From the NCBI GenBank assembly GCA_963733675.1, contig CAVTET010000005.1, forward strand, positions 192,001 to 256,000: a stretch of 64,000 nucleotides of DNA, in the 5' to 3' direction. The notes under the pieces are model-generated. The model made no database searches, was not told the origin of the DNA, and saw only the letters and a program-made list of their open reading frames with translations. Each line of letters begins with the position of its first letter. Position 1 is the stretch's first letter. The DNA is from an uncultured Methanosarcinaceae archaeon (lineage in GTDB: Archaea; Halobacteriota; Methanosarcinia; Methanosarcinales; Methanosarcinaceae). Below, piece after piece: positions 1-12,285 of this stretch. The translations under genes and the position numbers were made by a program.

Positions 1-1
1 T

Positions 2-79
2 GGAAAGGAGAATGCAATTGCCTGGGGCTGTGATCTGAGCTATAACTATGTCCGAATCAATGCTGAATATACGACTTAA
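2..79 (+). CDS. argJ: 3' end of ornithine acetyltransferase ArgJ (partial, window edge)
   Basis: Frame reads GKENAIAWGCDLSYNYVRINAEYTT*, the characteristic ArgJ C-terminus (WGCDLSYxYVRINAxY). Confidence 0.85.
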   Translation, partial: GKENAIAWGCDLSYNYVRINAEYTT

Positions 80-1102
80 TCTGCTCTCTTTTTTTAATGC
101 GAGATTTGAATTCGCTTATTAAATAACGGTCCAACTAATTTCAGATCCCGCATTTACACAAATTTAATAAAACGTAATATGGAACTATATCCTATTTTTC
201 GTAGGTTAGACGATAATGCAATCTATTTTCTTAACCTGAAAGTGCTTAAAAATTAATCTAACTTTCAATGAAAAATAATAGATAAATATGTAAACAAATT
301 ATAGATAATTTCGATAAAATCCTATGCGTTTGTTTATTTGATATCTTTAATCTTTTGAAATTAATTTTAATTTATTGAAACTCTTACTAATTTGCTTTTA
401 TGAATGTATAACTTTCTTCAATCAGTTGGAGGCAAACTTGTTGAAATTGATTGCTTTAATTGGTTGGAAATCTTTTCGTATCATTTCAGAGTCCATATAT
501 TCTAACAAAACAGCTTTTTAAGCAGATTTGAAACTAAAGTAGTAATTATTTTTTAAATTTTTGTCTTACAGCAATGGGATGATCTTTCCAATTTTGAACT
601 TGATAAAAATGCATTGACTTAATTTTCTTTAAGAAATTTTGTAGTTTTACTGAATACATACCAGTTAGTACCCCAGTCTGATCATTCAAAAAAAGAATTA
701 GTGATAATTACAAAGAAGAATAAATATACAGACAGTTGCAAAGTTAACTTTATTACCTTGGTTTGAAAATAAAAAAAAGGTTCCAGACGCTACTTTATAC
801 ATTCAGATCTTGGACATGCAAAATCGGACAACTATCGAGAAAATGAAGCAAAAACAATGAGAAACGGGATGAAATCTGGAGAAAAAATAGTGATAAATTA
901 TATTTTGATATATACCTTATAGAATAATAACAGGGTAAGATCATCTAAAATTTTATACTGTGTGTGTTAGCAGAATAATTAAACATTTGTAAAGAATATC
1001 CAGTTATATATTCTGTACCAACACCTGAGTTTTGGGAACTTCTAACTGAAGAACAGAATAGAAAAATTGCAATAATGAGACTGAATGTACTTATAAATAA
1101 GG

Positions 1103-1191
1103 AACATTCTGATAAATTCTAAATTTTGTCATATGCACATAACCTTTATATAAATGACCCGTGAAGATCAGATGTCTCTCTAAAATTTCTA
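1103..1191 (-). mobile_element. Degenerate ~95-bp MITE (family A), reverse orientation
   Basis: gataaattctaaattttgtcatatgc...tataaatgacccgtgaagatcaga matches the reverse complement of the family A core. Confidence 0.55.
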
Positions 1192-1306
1192 AAGAAAATT
1201 GAGAACATATGACTCGTAATGTCATGCTTTACAACCTGAAAATCGGAGAAATGTGTATTACATAACAGATTAACAATTTAATTGTCAAAATTAAAATGAA
1301 CAATCA

Positions 1307-1400
1307 TAGAAGATTTTGAGAAACCTCTGATTTCCACGAATCATTAATATGATATTTATGCATATCTGACTAAATTTCGGATTTGTCGAAATTTTCCATA
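1307..1400 (+). mobile_element. ~95-bp MITE (family A)
   Basis: tagaagattttgagaaacctctgatttccacgaatcatt...tgactaaattt...tttgtcgaaattttcca; aligns by eye with the copies at 30950 and 35687. Confidence 0.65.
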
Positions 1401-1640
1401 ATATTAGAGAAAAACTCTAATAGGAAAGAAATAATTCTCATATATAAGGGGATGATTTTAATAATTAATTATTCTATAATGTATGGTTTCACTGAATATA
1501 TTTAAACCCTCTATAACTATATTTACAATCAATTTTGATCTTTGTGCTCGATAAAACATGATAAAATTTATTAAATATTTACACTTGTTTATACAATTAA
1601 TTATATATTTTGATAGTTATTTGGTCAGGCCTGGTATTTT

Positions 1641-4600
1641 ATGGTAGATGTGGTTAAGGAATTGGAAGCATTAAGGCAAAATTTACTTGATCTGTCTCTC
1701 CGAAATAACCTTCTCAATTACCGCCCTTCACGAAAAAGGACCATCTCAATTTCAGGCAGAAATCCCGAGGAAATTTATAATCTATTCGTTCTTCAGGAAA
1801 AATTAATGAAATTTAAGTCTAAAATTATGTCTAAAAAAATAAATAAAGTTGAAAACGGCGAGGACAGAGAAGGTTATACCTACGAAAACGATAGCATGCT
1901 TTTAAAAACAATAGGGAAAATTCTTGATTCTGGAGAAAAAAATGAGTCCAAAAATTCCTGCTCTGAACATTTTCTAGAAACTACTGATGATAGCGAAAAT
2001 CTAGGTCGAAAACTTTTTTATGTCTTTAACCAATCAAATTCCATCTTTGAGGAACAGGGCTATCCTGTGCTTTACATCGCAATAAACTTTCTACAGTGGA
2101 GTGATAGCAAGTCGAGCATAAAAAATCCAATTGCTCCTCTACTATTGATTCCTATCGAACTCAAAAGAATAGGAAAGGGCCGAAACTTCGGTATCCAATG
2201 GACAGGGGATGAGATACTCACTTCAATTACCCTACAGGCAAAGATGAAAGAATTTGGAATCCAGATTCCTGATTTTGAGATGCCAGAGAAGGCAGCAGAA
2301 ATCGAAGAATATTTCAATGCCGTATCTGCAGCAATCCACGAAAAAAAAGACTGGAAAATTCTGCCTGAAATTTGCCTTGACCTTTTCAACTTTACTAAGT
2401 TTGTTATGTATAAGGATCTTGACCCTGCAACCTGGCCTGAGGGCATGTCTCCTGCAAAACATCCTCTTATCCAGAAAATTTTTAACCCTCCAGCTCCTGA
2501 GTGTGATGTTTCTGGTTTTCTAGAAAAAGATGTTGACATGAAGCTATCAGCAAAAGATACTTACCACATAATGGATGCCGATTCCTCGCAGATTGCTGTT
2601 ATTGAGGATGTGAAAGCCGGGAAAAATCTTGTTGTTGAAGGACCTCCAGGAACCGGTAAGTCCCAGACAATTGCGAATACAATTGCAGAATTGATGGTCC
2701 GTGGAAAAAGCATACTTTTCGTGAGTGAAAAGATGGCTGCGCTTCATGTTGTAAAAAGTCGACTTGATTCTGCAGGGCTTGGAGAACTCTGTCTGGATAT
2801 CCACAGCAACAAAACACGAAAAAAGGTAGTGCTTGAAGAGCTGGAAAAAAGCATTAACCGAATAGCTCCCGCATCCATAAGTCCTGAAAGAGACATCAAC
2901 GAACTCGAAAAAATAAAAAAAGAACTCAATGAGTATGCCCTGTCTCTCGAAGAACCTGCAGGCAAGCTCTATCCAAGCTTTTATACACTCTACGGGATAA
3001 AGGGGAAGATAGAAGGTTATTTTGAGGCAAAAGGTTTGAAAATGCCCCTTTACAAATTTCAGGATCCTGAACATTGGGAATCTGAAGATTGGGCAGAAGC
3101 AAAGTCTATTTTAGAAAAATTGAGTCAAGTACTCCCTTGCCTCGGGCCACCCAAGAAAAACCCCTGGTATGGCTGTGAGCCCGGGCTTGTGCTTCCCTCA
3201 GATCTTTCGGAAATAGGGTCACTCATCAGTGAATGCGTTACTTCTTTTGGATGCTTGGAAGCAGCTATAAAGACTCTCAATGACTTTTCTGCAACCTCCA
3301 GGCCCCATACCCTTGAAGAAATTACAACAATAATTGATGCTGCAAAACTCCTCGAGAGCTCAAAACCCTGGCCTGAAAAGATGCTCCTGAATCTAGAGTG
3401 GGACTCTGAGTCCTCAAGAGTTATAGCTCAGACGCTAATTGCGAGACTCAGGCAGTACAGAGAGCTGAAAATTTTCGTAGACACTACCTTTTATCCTTCA
3501 ATTTTTGACCTTGATACCTCGGAATTCGAGGAATTATCCCGCAAATTTCTAAAGGTCATATATCCCAGTTACCGAAAACTAAAAACAGAAATTTCTTCCT
3601 GCTACATTTCAGTTGTTCCATCTCAAAACGATAGAATTCTTTTTGATCTTGCTTGTCTTTCTGAATATAGATCCTGCAGACTGGAGCTTGAAAGTAATGG
3701 GGCAAAGGGTGAAAGATATTTTTCAGAACAATGGAAAGGTCTCGAAAGCGATCCTTCTATTCTAGATGAGTATGGCAGGTGGATTACTTCCTTCCGAAAA
3801 AATATAACTGAAGGCATTTTCACTGACAAAATTTTCGGACTTGTAGCAGACGGGGTTGATAGAGCTGCTCTTGAATACGCAATAAAAGGAGTTATGGAAA
3901 CAAAAAAATTCTTTTTAAGGTTAATTGAAAAAATTGGTATCCTCATAGGCGTAGATTTTGGGAAAATTTTCGGAAAGGATCTGGAAGCTGCAAAGCTCAA
4001 TCAGTTAAAATCCCGTTTAACCATCTGGAAAGCAGAAACTTCATCCCTGATATTCTGGAGTCAGTACCTTGGATACAAGAAAGTCTTCATGGAAACAAAA
4101 GCAGCTCCTATGATGGGAGATATTGAAGCCGGAAAAATAGAAGTGTGTGATATTATCCCTGCTTTCGAAGGTAACTATGCCGAGAGTCTCCTGCACCGTA
4201 CCTTCAGGAAAAGACAGGCCCTTTCTACTTTTATTAGGGAGCTACATGAAAGTAAGATTACTAAATTCATAGAGCTTGACAAAAAGATCCTTCTGGAAAA
4301 TAGAAAAAGAATTACATGTTCTGTTTATGACGAGATTCCAAAGTTAACTTATGGAGCATCAAGAGCTTCGGAAGCCGGAATTCTGCTCAATGAGTTTAAT
4401 AGAAAACGTGGTCATATGCCTATCCGTAAACTCATGAAAAAAGCAGGTGGTCTGATACAGAAAATTAAGCCTTGTTTTATGATGAGCCCTCTTTCAATTG
4501 GTCAGTATCTCGATCCGAGAAGCACTCACTTTGATGTGATCATTTTTGACGAAGCAAGCCAGGTAAAGCCAGAGGATGCGGTTGGAGCTCTACTGCGTGG

Positions 4601-7109
4601 AAAGCAGGTCGTAGTAATGGGAGATTCAAAACAGCTTCCACCTACCGACTTTTTCGATGGTATTTTTGAATCTCCGGAAAGGGACCCTGAAGATTACGCT
4701 GCAGCAGGAGATCTTGAAAGTGTTCTGAATGTTTGCAAGCGGAGTTTCCCAATCAAGACTCTTCGCTGGCACTACAGAAGCAGGCATGAGTCTCTAATTG
4801 CTGTTTCAAACCAGGAATTCTACAGCAATAGACTTTATGTTTACCCTTCTCCCATGCAGAAAGATGAATGTCTTGGGTTGAAATTTGTGCATCTTAAGGA
4901 TGCGGTTTATGATAGGGGAAAAAGTGGAGTCAACAGGATGGAAGCAAGTGTTGTTGCAAAGGCAGTTTTCGAACACTTTAGCAAGTACCCAGATAAAAGC
5001 CTAGGGGTCGGGACCTTTAATATAAAACAGCAGGAAGCTATCCAGGAAGATATTGAGACTCTTCTGAAGGCAAATCCAGGATTTGATTTGAATCCAGGAA
5101 ATGAGAGGGGAGAGCATTTTTTTGTGAAAAATCTTGAAACCATCCAGGGTGATGAGAGAGATGTCATTTTACTGAGTGTGGGTTTTGGATTTGATAATAA
5201 CAGAAAACTTTCCCTGAACTTCGGTCCCCTTAACAGAGAAGGAGGAGAAAGGCGTCTAAATGTACTTATCACTCGGGCAAGAGAAAAGTGCGTTGTTTTT
5301 TCGAATTTTACATCCAGGAATTTGAACCTTGATGAAAACTCACCTTTTGGACTTCGATCTCTCAAAGTATTCCTTGAGTTTGCGGAGAGCGGTAGGCTCA
5401 CACTGCCTGCATACACCAATGGAGACTTCGAATCTCCTTTTGAAGAAGTTATTTATGATTTTTTAGTAGAAAACGTCTGCGAAGTCCACAGACAGATCGG
5501 TTGTGCAGGGTATAGGCTAGACCTTGCAATTCCTGATCCCAGCAATCCAGGAAGATACGTGCTTGGGATCGAGTGTGATGGGGCAAGCTACCATTTATTT
5601 CATGTTGCTCGAGATCGTGACCGCCTTCGTCAGCAGGTTCTTGAAGGACTTGGTTGGAAAATTTACCGAGTATGGTCAACTGACTGGTACTTGCATCCGA
5701 AAGAAAGCAAAGAAAAACTACTTGAAGCCGTAAAGAAAGCTATAAAGCAGGAAAATCTACAAGCAAAATCCGAACCAAAAGTTCTGACTATAAAAGAGCC
5801 TTCTACCTGGAACGAACAAGCACATGAAAATTCTATAAAAAAATTATCAAGTTGGGCTGCAGACACATTTTCATCTATTCCTAATATGGAGAACAAAGCC
5901 GATAAAAATCTGGGATTTGAATTCCTTGAAAAGAAATCCACCTCATTAGCCTTTTCCAAAGCTGGACACGAAGAACCTTATTCAGATCTCTCTCTCGGAT
6001 TAAAAGAGGGACTAATAGACTCTTCAAAAGAGGATTTTTTGCCAGAGATGGCTTTAAGATTAGATTCTATGGCTTTGACGGCAGATGAGAAATCTCTTAA
6101 GAAACGTATAAAGAAGTTAGGAAAATCAAAATCCTTGAAATTCGATGTGAATCTCTGTTCTGAAAAAGAAAATTCATCCGGAATCGTACCTGAACCAGAG
6201 CCTGAAAGATTAAGTTTTTTCCAAGCTTATCCTGAAATTTATTCCAGTTCAGCTACTGGGGGAAAAATGAAAAACAAAAGGTTCAACGAGTTTGCTTATA
6301 TTTATGGCTCAGTGGGATATTTTGAGCCAGACTCGGATTCAGAGGAGAACAATTACGCTGGTAAAGTGTGGAATTCAGAATCTGAAATCGAGAATGAAAT
6401 TGCATCTAACGCTAAACTCAGAATTGAGTCAAGAAGTCAATTAAAGCCTCATTCCAGAGTTGGTCTATACTTAAAAAACAAAAATGAAGTTAAAAATTTG
6501 GAAGAATCATCGCTATCGAAAGGTGCTGAAAAATTTTCGGGGAAGAACGAACTCCTCGAAGCTGCTGTCCCTCTTTATAGGGTCTGCTGTTCTTCAGGAC
6601 TTCAGTATTCAGGAGACATCTTTAAACTTTCCGATGAAAAACTTATGGAGGCAGTTATAAGGATTATAGAATTTGAAGGCCCTATTCATGCAGAGGCTTT
6701 GATGCAGCGGATAAAAGCGCATGTAGGAATTTCCCGCATGCTTGGAAAAATCAAACAGCGTATATTAGATTCAGTTGCACTTGCAGAGAGTTCCGGAAAG
6801 ATCCGAGTTGAAGGCGAATTCTTCTGGCCATCTTCGGAACCTGCATGCTTCCTACGCAGGCGCTATGGTGAAGTATCTGCGAAAATTGAATGGATTTGTG
6901 ATGAGGAAATAAAAAAAGCTATTAGCTTTGTCTTAAATTCCCAGTATTCTACTCCTCTTGAAGACCTGATTGTTCAGGCTTCGAGAGTCCTCGGAATAAA
7001 AACAACTCATAAAAATGCATGGGAAAGGATCGAAAAGCTTGTCCAGTCCGAAATTGAAAATAATGAATTAACCCTTATGCCAAATGAAATGATTTATTTT
7101 GTTGAGTGA
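1641..7109 (+). CDS. DUF4011 / SF1 (DNA2/NAM7-like) helicase / Vsr-like (MTES_1575-type) nuclease / DUF3320 fusion protein
   Basis: N-terminal LLDLSLRNNLLNY (DUF4011); Walker A EGPPGTGKSQT; FDEASQV, GDSKQLPP, LRWHYRSRHESLI, IQGDERD, RRLNVLITRAR; ESPFEE...RLDLAI...GIECDGASYH...RDRLRQQVLEGLGWKIYRVWSTDW nuclease domain; C-terminal IIEFEGPIH (DUF3320-like). Confidence 0.88.
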   Translation: MVDVVKELEALRQNLLDLSLRNNLLNYRPSRKRTISISGRNPEEIYNLFVLQEKLMKFKSKIMSKKINKVENGEDREGYTYENDSMLLKTIGKILDSGEKNESKNSCSEHFLETTDDSENLGRKLFYVFNQSNSIFEEQGYPVLYIAINFLQWSDSKSSIKNPIAPLLLIPIELKRIGKGRNFGIQWTGDEILTSITLQAKMKEFGIQIPDFEMPEKAAEIEEYFNAVSAAIHEKKDWKILPEICLDLFNFTKFVMYKDLDPATWPEGMSPAKHPLIQKIFNPPAPECDVSGFLEKDVDMKLSAKDTYHIMDADSSQIAVIEDVKAGKNLVVEGPPGTGKSQTIANTIAELMVRGKSILFVSEKMAALHVVKSRLDSAGLGELCLDIHSNKTRKKVVLEELEKSINRIAPASISPERDINELEKIKKELNEYALSLEEPAGKLYPSFYTLYGIKGKIEGYFEAKGLKMPLYKFQDPEHWESEDWAEAKSILEKLSQVLPCLGPPKKNPWYGCEPGLVLPSDLSEIGSLISECVTSFGCLEAAIKTLNDFSATSRPHTLEEITTIIDAAKLLESSKPWPEKMLLNLEWDSESSRVIAQTLIARLRQYRELKIFVDTTFYPSIFDLDTSEFEELSRKFLKVIYPSYRKLKTEISSCYISVVPSQNDRILFDLACLSEYRSCRLELESNGAKGERYFSEQWKGLESDPSILDEYGRWITSFRKNITEGIFTDKIFGLVADGVDRAALEYAIKGVMETKKFFLRLIEKIGILIGVDFGKIFGKDLEAAKLNQLKSRLTIWKAETSSLIFWSQYLGYKKVFMETKAAPMMGDIEAGKIEVCDIIPAFEGNYAESLLHRTFRKRQALSTFIRELHESKITKFIELDKKILLENRKRITCSVYDEIPKLTYGASRASEAGILLNEFNRKRGHMPIRKLMKKAGGLIQKIKPCFMMSPLSIGQYLDPRSTHFDVIIFDEASQVKPEDAVGALLRGKQVVVMGDSKQLPPTDFFDGIFESPERDPEDYAAAGDLESVLNVCKRSFPIKTLRWHYRSRHESLIAVSNQEFYSNRLYVYPSPMQKDECLGLKFVHLKDAVYDRGKSGVNRMEASVVAKAVFEHFSKYPDKSLGVGTFNIKQQEAIQEDIETLLKANPGFDLNPGNERGEHFFVKNLETIQGDERDVILLSVGFGFDNNRKLSLNFGPLNREGGERRLNVLITRAREKCVVFSNFTSRNLNLDENSPFGLRSLKVFLEFAESGRLTLPAYTNGDFESPFEEVIYDFLVENVCEVHRQIGCAGYRLDLAIPDPSNPGRYVLGIECDGASYHLFHVARDRDRLRQQVLEGLGWKIYRVWSTDWYLHPKESKEKLLEAVKKAIKQENLQAKSEPKVLTIKEPSTWNEQAHENSIKKLSSWAADTFSSIPNMENKADKNLGFEFLEKKSTSLAFSKAGHEEPYSDLSLGLKEGLIDSSKEDFLPEMALRLDSMALTADEKSLKKRIKKLGKSKSLKFDVNLCSEKENSSGIVPEPEPERLSFFQAYPEIYSSSATGGKMKNKRFNEFAYIYGSVGYFEPDSDSEENNYAGKVWNSESEIENEIASNAKLRIESRSQLKPHSRVGLYLKNKNEVKNLEESSLSKGAEKFSGKNELLEAAVPLYRVCCSSGLQYSGDIFKLSDEKLMEAVIRIIEFEGPIHAEALMQRIKAHVGISRMLGKIKQRILDSVALAESSGKIRVEGEFFWPSSEPACFLRRRYGEVSAKIEWICDEEIKKAISFVLNSQYSTPLEDLIVQASRVLGIKTTHKNAWERIEKLVQSEIENNELTLMPNEMIYFVE

Positions 7110-8321
7110 AAGAGGCTCGTCAGAGAGTTATTTGTTTTCTAAAAGACTTTCCTTTTTTATACTTTAATATGAAAGTGCGTGGTGAAACTAGTTCCTCAAG
7201 TACTTTCTCCATTTTCTTTTTCTATAATTATGGTTATTTCACAATTATTTTTATATATTTCTCAAATAAAACTGTTTTAGTCTCAACAATGTTCCTTTTT
7301 TGAATTTATTCCTTTTGATAGATCACATTGATTCTTTGATTTTGGCGATCAAGAGCTGAATCTAATCAAATCTTAACCTTTTGACTTTTTGATATCTGGA
7401 ACTCTTCATTTGTTTCTTCTAATGGGGAATAAAATATTTTGATATCAATTAATTTTTTAGGTAGTCTACTCTAGGCGTAGGGAGAACTGACAAGTTAATC
7501 CCGAGTAATTTCCCCACATGACGCATGGACATCTTTGAGTAGAATTGAAGGATCAATGACTTTTTTTGTATTCTCTACCGTCTCATGTATTCACAGATTT
7601 TGAAGTAAAAACTATGTAGATTCTTACCGTAAATTTTCCGTTACTATCTTTTTGCATTATTACACCAGCTAATAAACTTAAAAGTATAATCAATGCATGC
7701 ATAATTAGTTTAACTCAAAAAAGTTTAGTTCCAGTCTAATTTTATTTTAGATCAGCGTATTATGCTAAATGTTATCCCTTTTCCATGATTATAATGTATG
7801 ATCTCAATTGCTGTAGATGTGGGTACCATATCTTATGATCGGAAATATAAACAAGGGACAGGCTATCTGTCTATTCAAGGTAAGGTTCTTTTTTATATAA
7901 CTAGGGGAATATTTGCAAATGAAATGATTGAATTTTGAAGAATTACTTTACACATAGAGTGTAAATTATTTATTTGAAAACTGGACTTTATGTTATCTAG
8001 TTTTCTTAAAGATAGATTTCTGATTTATATTTCATTCAATTTTATATTTCATTAATGATAATATATAAGCGATACAACTTGAAATAAATTTTCATTGGCA
8101 TATGCGACTATGTTCTAAAATCTAGTGATTTTTATATTTTTTGATTGAAAATCTAATTCGAAATATAAATTTAACCAAATATCAAAATTAACGTTCGATA
8201 TTTAGAAACTTCAATCAAGAAGTTTAATCACAGGGGTTGTAACAAATTGCAAAATCGAGTGATTTTATTTTTACGTTCACTGCTGAATTTTGGTGCTAAG
8301 TTGGCATATCCTATGAAAATA

Positions 8322-8414
8322 TAGAGGATTTCGATGGACCCCATACTTCACAAATTATATGCATATCATTTGTATGCATATGACGAAATTTGATAGTTTA
8401 TCAAAATTCTCTAT
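8322..8414 (+). mobile_element. ~95-bp MITE (family A)
   Basis: Terminal inverted repeats tagaggatttcgatggac ... gtttatcaaaattctcta; internal gcatatgacgaaattt. Confidence 0.7.
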
Positions 8415-8430
8415 AATTTAGTGGTAGCTT

Positions 8431-8486
8431 TAGAACTTACATATTGAACATACTAAATATTGTGCTGTTCAATTACGTAAGTCCTA
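8431..8486. mobile_element. Short internally deleted MITE (family B)
   Basis: tagaacttacatattga ... tcaattacgtaagtccta; termini resemble those of the element at 18928-19047. Confidence 0.5.
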
Positions 8487-8533
8487 AATTGATTTAAATT
8501 GTATCAAATTGAATAAAATAGGAGTGTGGATAA

Positions 8534-8836
8534 ATGTTAAAACTTGGAATGAAAAAAGTACTTGCCGTTTTACTGGCAGTCCTATTTGTAACATCTTTGA
8601 CAGCAGTTGCAGCTAGTGCACATGGTGGCCGTGGCGGCCACGGTGGTCATGGCTACGGCGGCTGGGGCGGCTACGGCGGCTGGGACTATGGCGGCTGGGG
8701 CTATGGCGGCTGGGGCTATGGCGGCTGTGGAGGATATGGATTCGGTTGTGGCGGCTATGGCGGTTGGGGAGGCTATGGATGTGGTTATCCTTGTGCTTAC
8801 CTTTACATCCCTTATACATTCCCATACATGTGTTAG
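8534..8836 (+). CDS. Small secreted Gly/Tyr/Trp/Cys-rich low-complexity protein
   Basis: RBS-like aggagtg upstream; signal peptide MKKVLAVLLAVLFVTSLTAVAASA; mature region of GYGGW/GYGGC repeats; downstream terminator-like hairpin. Confidence 0.8.
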   Translation: MLKLGMKKVLAVLLAVLFVTSLTAVAASAHGGRGGHGGHGYGGWGGYGGWDYGGWGYGGWGYGGCGGYGFGCGGYGGWGGYGCGYPCAYLYIPYTFPYMC

Positions 8837-8904
8837 TTATATAATTAACACGATATATTAAATAAAATATATTATTGAGGGTTTCATTTTACCTCTTATT
8901 CTTT

Positions 8905-8944
8905 TTCGCGGGAATCCTGTTAAAATCTTTCCCGCGAATTTTTG
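8905..8944 (+). terminator. Stem-loop plus T tract after the Gly-rich gene
   Basis: ttcgcgggaa (8905-8914) ... ttcccgcgaa (8929-8938) followed by a T run. Confidence 0.55.
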
Positions 8945-9503
8945 TATTTGACCCTATTTTTCCTCTTTCCGTTCATTATCCTTTGATTTTAAATATGGCT
9001 TCTGCTGTCCTTAAAATATTTTATTTATTCTTAATGTCATCACTAGTTAGCATTGATTTTATTGGAATCTATGCTTGTTCTTTTAAATCAGTATAAAAAT
9101 GCTCTCAAATTTCGGCTTGGAAATCAGAACATAGATAGGTTTTCTCACAAAAAACTCTGCATTAAATATGCTATCTTAAAAATCTTGCTTTAAAAATATA
9201 GATCAATTAGTATTTCAATAATATACTGATTTTAATGAGTGATTTATTAACTCCCAAAAGAAGGAAAGCGCGGTAAAAATTCAAAAAAGCAAGAAGCAAA
9301 ATTACTATATGTTTATACAGTGTATGGCAGATCATGAGGTTTCTTATAGATCTGAGAGTTCCATTTGAAAACAACTAGGTGAAAAATAGCGGAATGATGA
9401 GAATACAGTATAAAACATAAGGAACTTTCCAAACTACATCATTAATAAAAGTTTTCTACAGAATAAAAGCCTAAATTTCTACAATAAAAAGCGATTTGCA
9501 GGT

Positions 9504-9558
9504 TATAAAGGGTATTCTTGCGGTGCTCAATTAAACACCGCTAACTATACCCTTTATA
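9504..9558 (-). terminator. Stem-loop downstream of groEL
   Basis: tataaagggta...gcggtg...caccgc...taccctttata nested inverted repeat just after the groEL stop. Confidence 0.5.
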
Positions 9559-9576
9559 TTTATAGCAAAAATACAA

Positions 9577-11193
<1,617 letters not shown>

Positions 11194-11274
11194 TCACCTT
11201 GATTGAGATCAAATGTTTTCCTGAGTTAAGTTGAGCATGCCCGAATTTATTGCATTCTTCAGAGTGAGTTTTGT

Positions 11275-11559
11275 TCAACATTCATCATCCACAAATGTTG
11301 CAAGTATATCCTTAAAGTCCACAAAAACATATTTTTCGTCTTCTATTTCAATATCATCGGATTGGTATCCTCCGTAAATTACATGATCATCTTTCTTTAG
11401 AGGTAGCTCCTTCCCATCTTCAAAGGTCCCCACAGCTATAATTATTCCTTCTTTTTTTTCCTTCTGTGCAGAGTCAGGGATATAAATTCCTCCTTTTGTC
11501 ACTTCTGCTTTTTTCAGATGTTTAAGCAACACTCGTTCACCAATAGGTTTGATAATCAC
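11275..11559 (-). CDS. groES: Co-chaperonin GroES
   Basis: IKPIGERVLL...TKGGIYIPDSA; GTG start at 11559 preceded by AGGAGG; directly upstream of groEL. Confidence 0.93.
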   Translation of the reverse strand: MIIKPIGERVLLKHLKKAEVTKGGIYIPDSAQKEKKEGIIIAVGTFEDGKELPLKKDDHVIYGGYQSDDIEIEDEKYVFVDFKDILATFVDDEC

Positions 11560-11680
11560 TATTTCATTCCTCCTTATTCTCAAATGAGTCTAAATAGGTC
11601 GCCTACATGTGTCATTGAACATTGTGAACACAAGATTTTTAGATTTTGTCAATGACTTGAGGACATGATCCATAATTAGC

Positions 11681-11697
11681 TGAACATCAAATGTTCA
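11681..11697. promoter_or_regulatory. Palindromic candidate operator between groES and the divergent regulator
   Basis: TGAACAT-caa-ATGTTCA perfect 7-bp inverted repeat; additional tgaaca half-sites near 11616-11629. Confidence 0.35.
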
Positions 11698-11853
11698 TCT
11701 AAATTCAATAATGAATTAATTCATATGTTGAGCTATAGAAAGCCAAACTATCTGCTTATAATACAAGACTCCTATTTAAAAATTGCCGAGAAAATAGATA
11801 TAATTACTAAAAAATAGAAATGATGCATACTAAATTGAAGAAAATATATATAT

Positions 11854-12285
11854 ATGAAACTCCAAAATATTACTCAAATGGTTCAAGAGATTATTCTAAG
11901 AAATATTGAAAAACCACATATGAAATGTTTGGAGGAAAATCTTATATGGTTCTGCGATAGCTTCGGCTTCTCTTCTGGCCGAGATATCGAAAAAACCGCT
12001 ACTAAGATAATTTTTAGCCTGGTTGATAAACTTTCTAATAACGAAGTAACATCATCGGAAGATCTGGCTGGAGACCTCAATATAACAATATCAAGGGTAA
12101 ACCATCATATCAGGAACCTTAACGATTCTGGCTTGCTTTACAGGAAAAAACGTTTGCTGTATCTGCGTGGAGGCAGCTTAAAAGCTGCGGTAAAGGAAAT
12201 GCGAAAGGATTCTGAAAGGATTTTTGATGAACTTGAAAATATAGCTGAAGAAATAGATTCCATAAAAGGAATAAAAAACAGGTAA
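11854..12285 (+). CDS. ArsR-like winged-helix transcriptional regulator
   Basis: HTH segment SSEDLAGDLNITISRVNHHIRNLNDSGLL followed by a helical C-terminus; divergent from groES. Confidence 0.75.
   Translation: MKLQNITQMVQEIILRNIEKPHMKCLEENLIWFCDSFGFSSGRDIEKTATKIIFSLVDKLSNNEVTSSEDLAGDLNITISRVNHHIRNLNDSGLLYRKKRLLYLRGGSLKAAVKEMRKDSERIFDELENIAEEIDSIKGIKNR

Noticed and set aside
660-1090. Coding-like fragments upstream of the helicase (e.g. EYPVIYSVPTPEFWELLTEEQ)
   Set aside because: Looks like a gene remnant but is fragmented in all frames and I cannot name a family.
8607-8861. Alternative-frame ORFs over the Gly-rich gene (Ala-rich and His/Ser/Arg-rich)
   Set aside because: Shadow frames of the GGC/TAC/TGG repeat.
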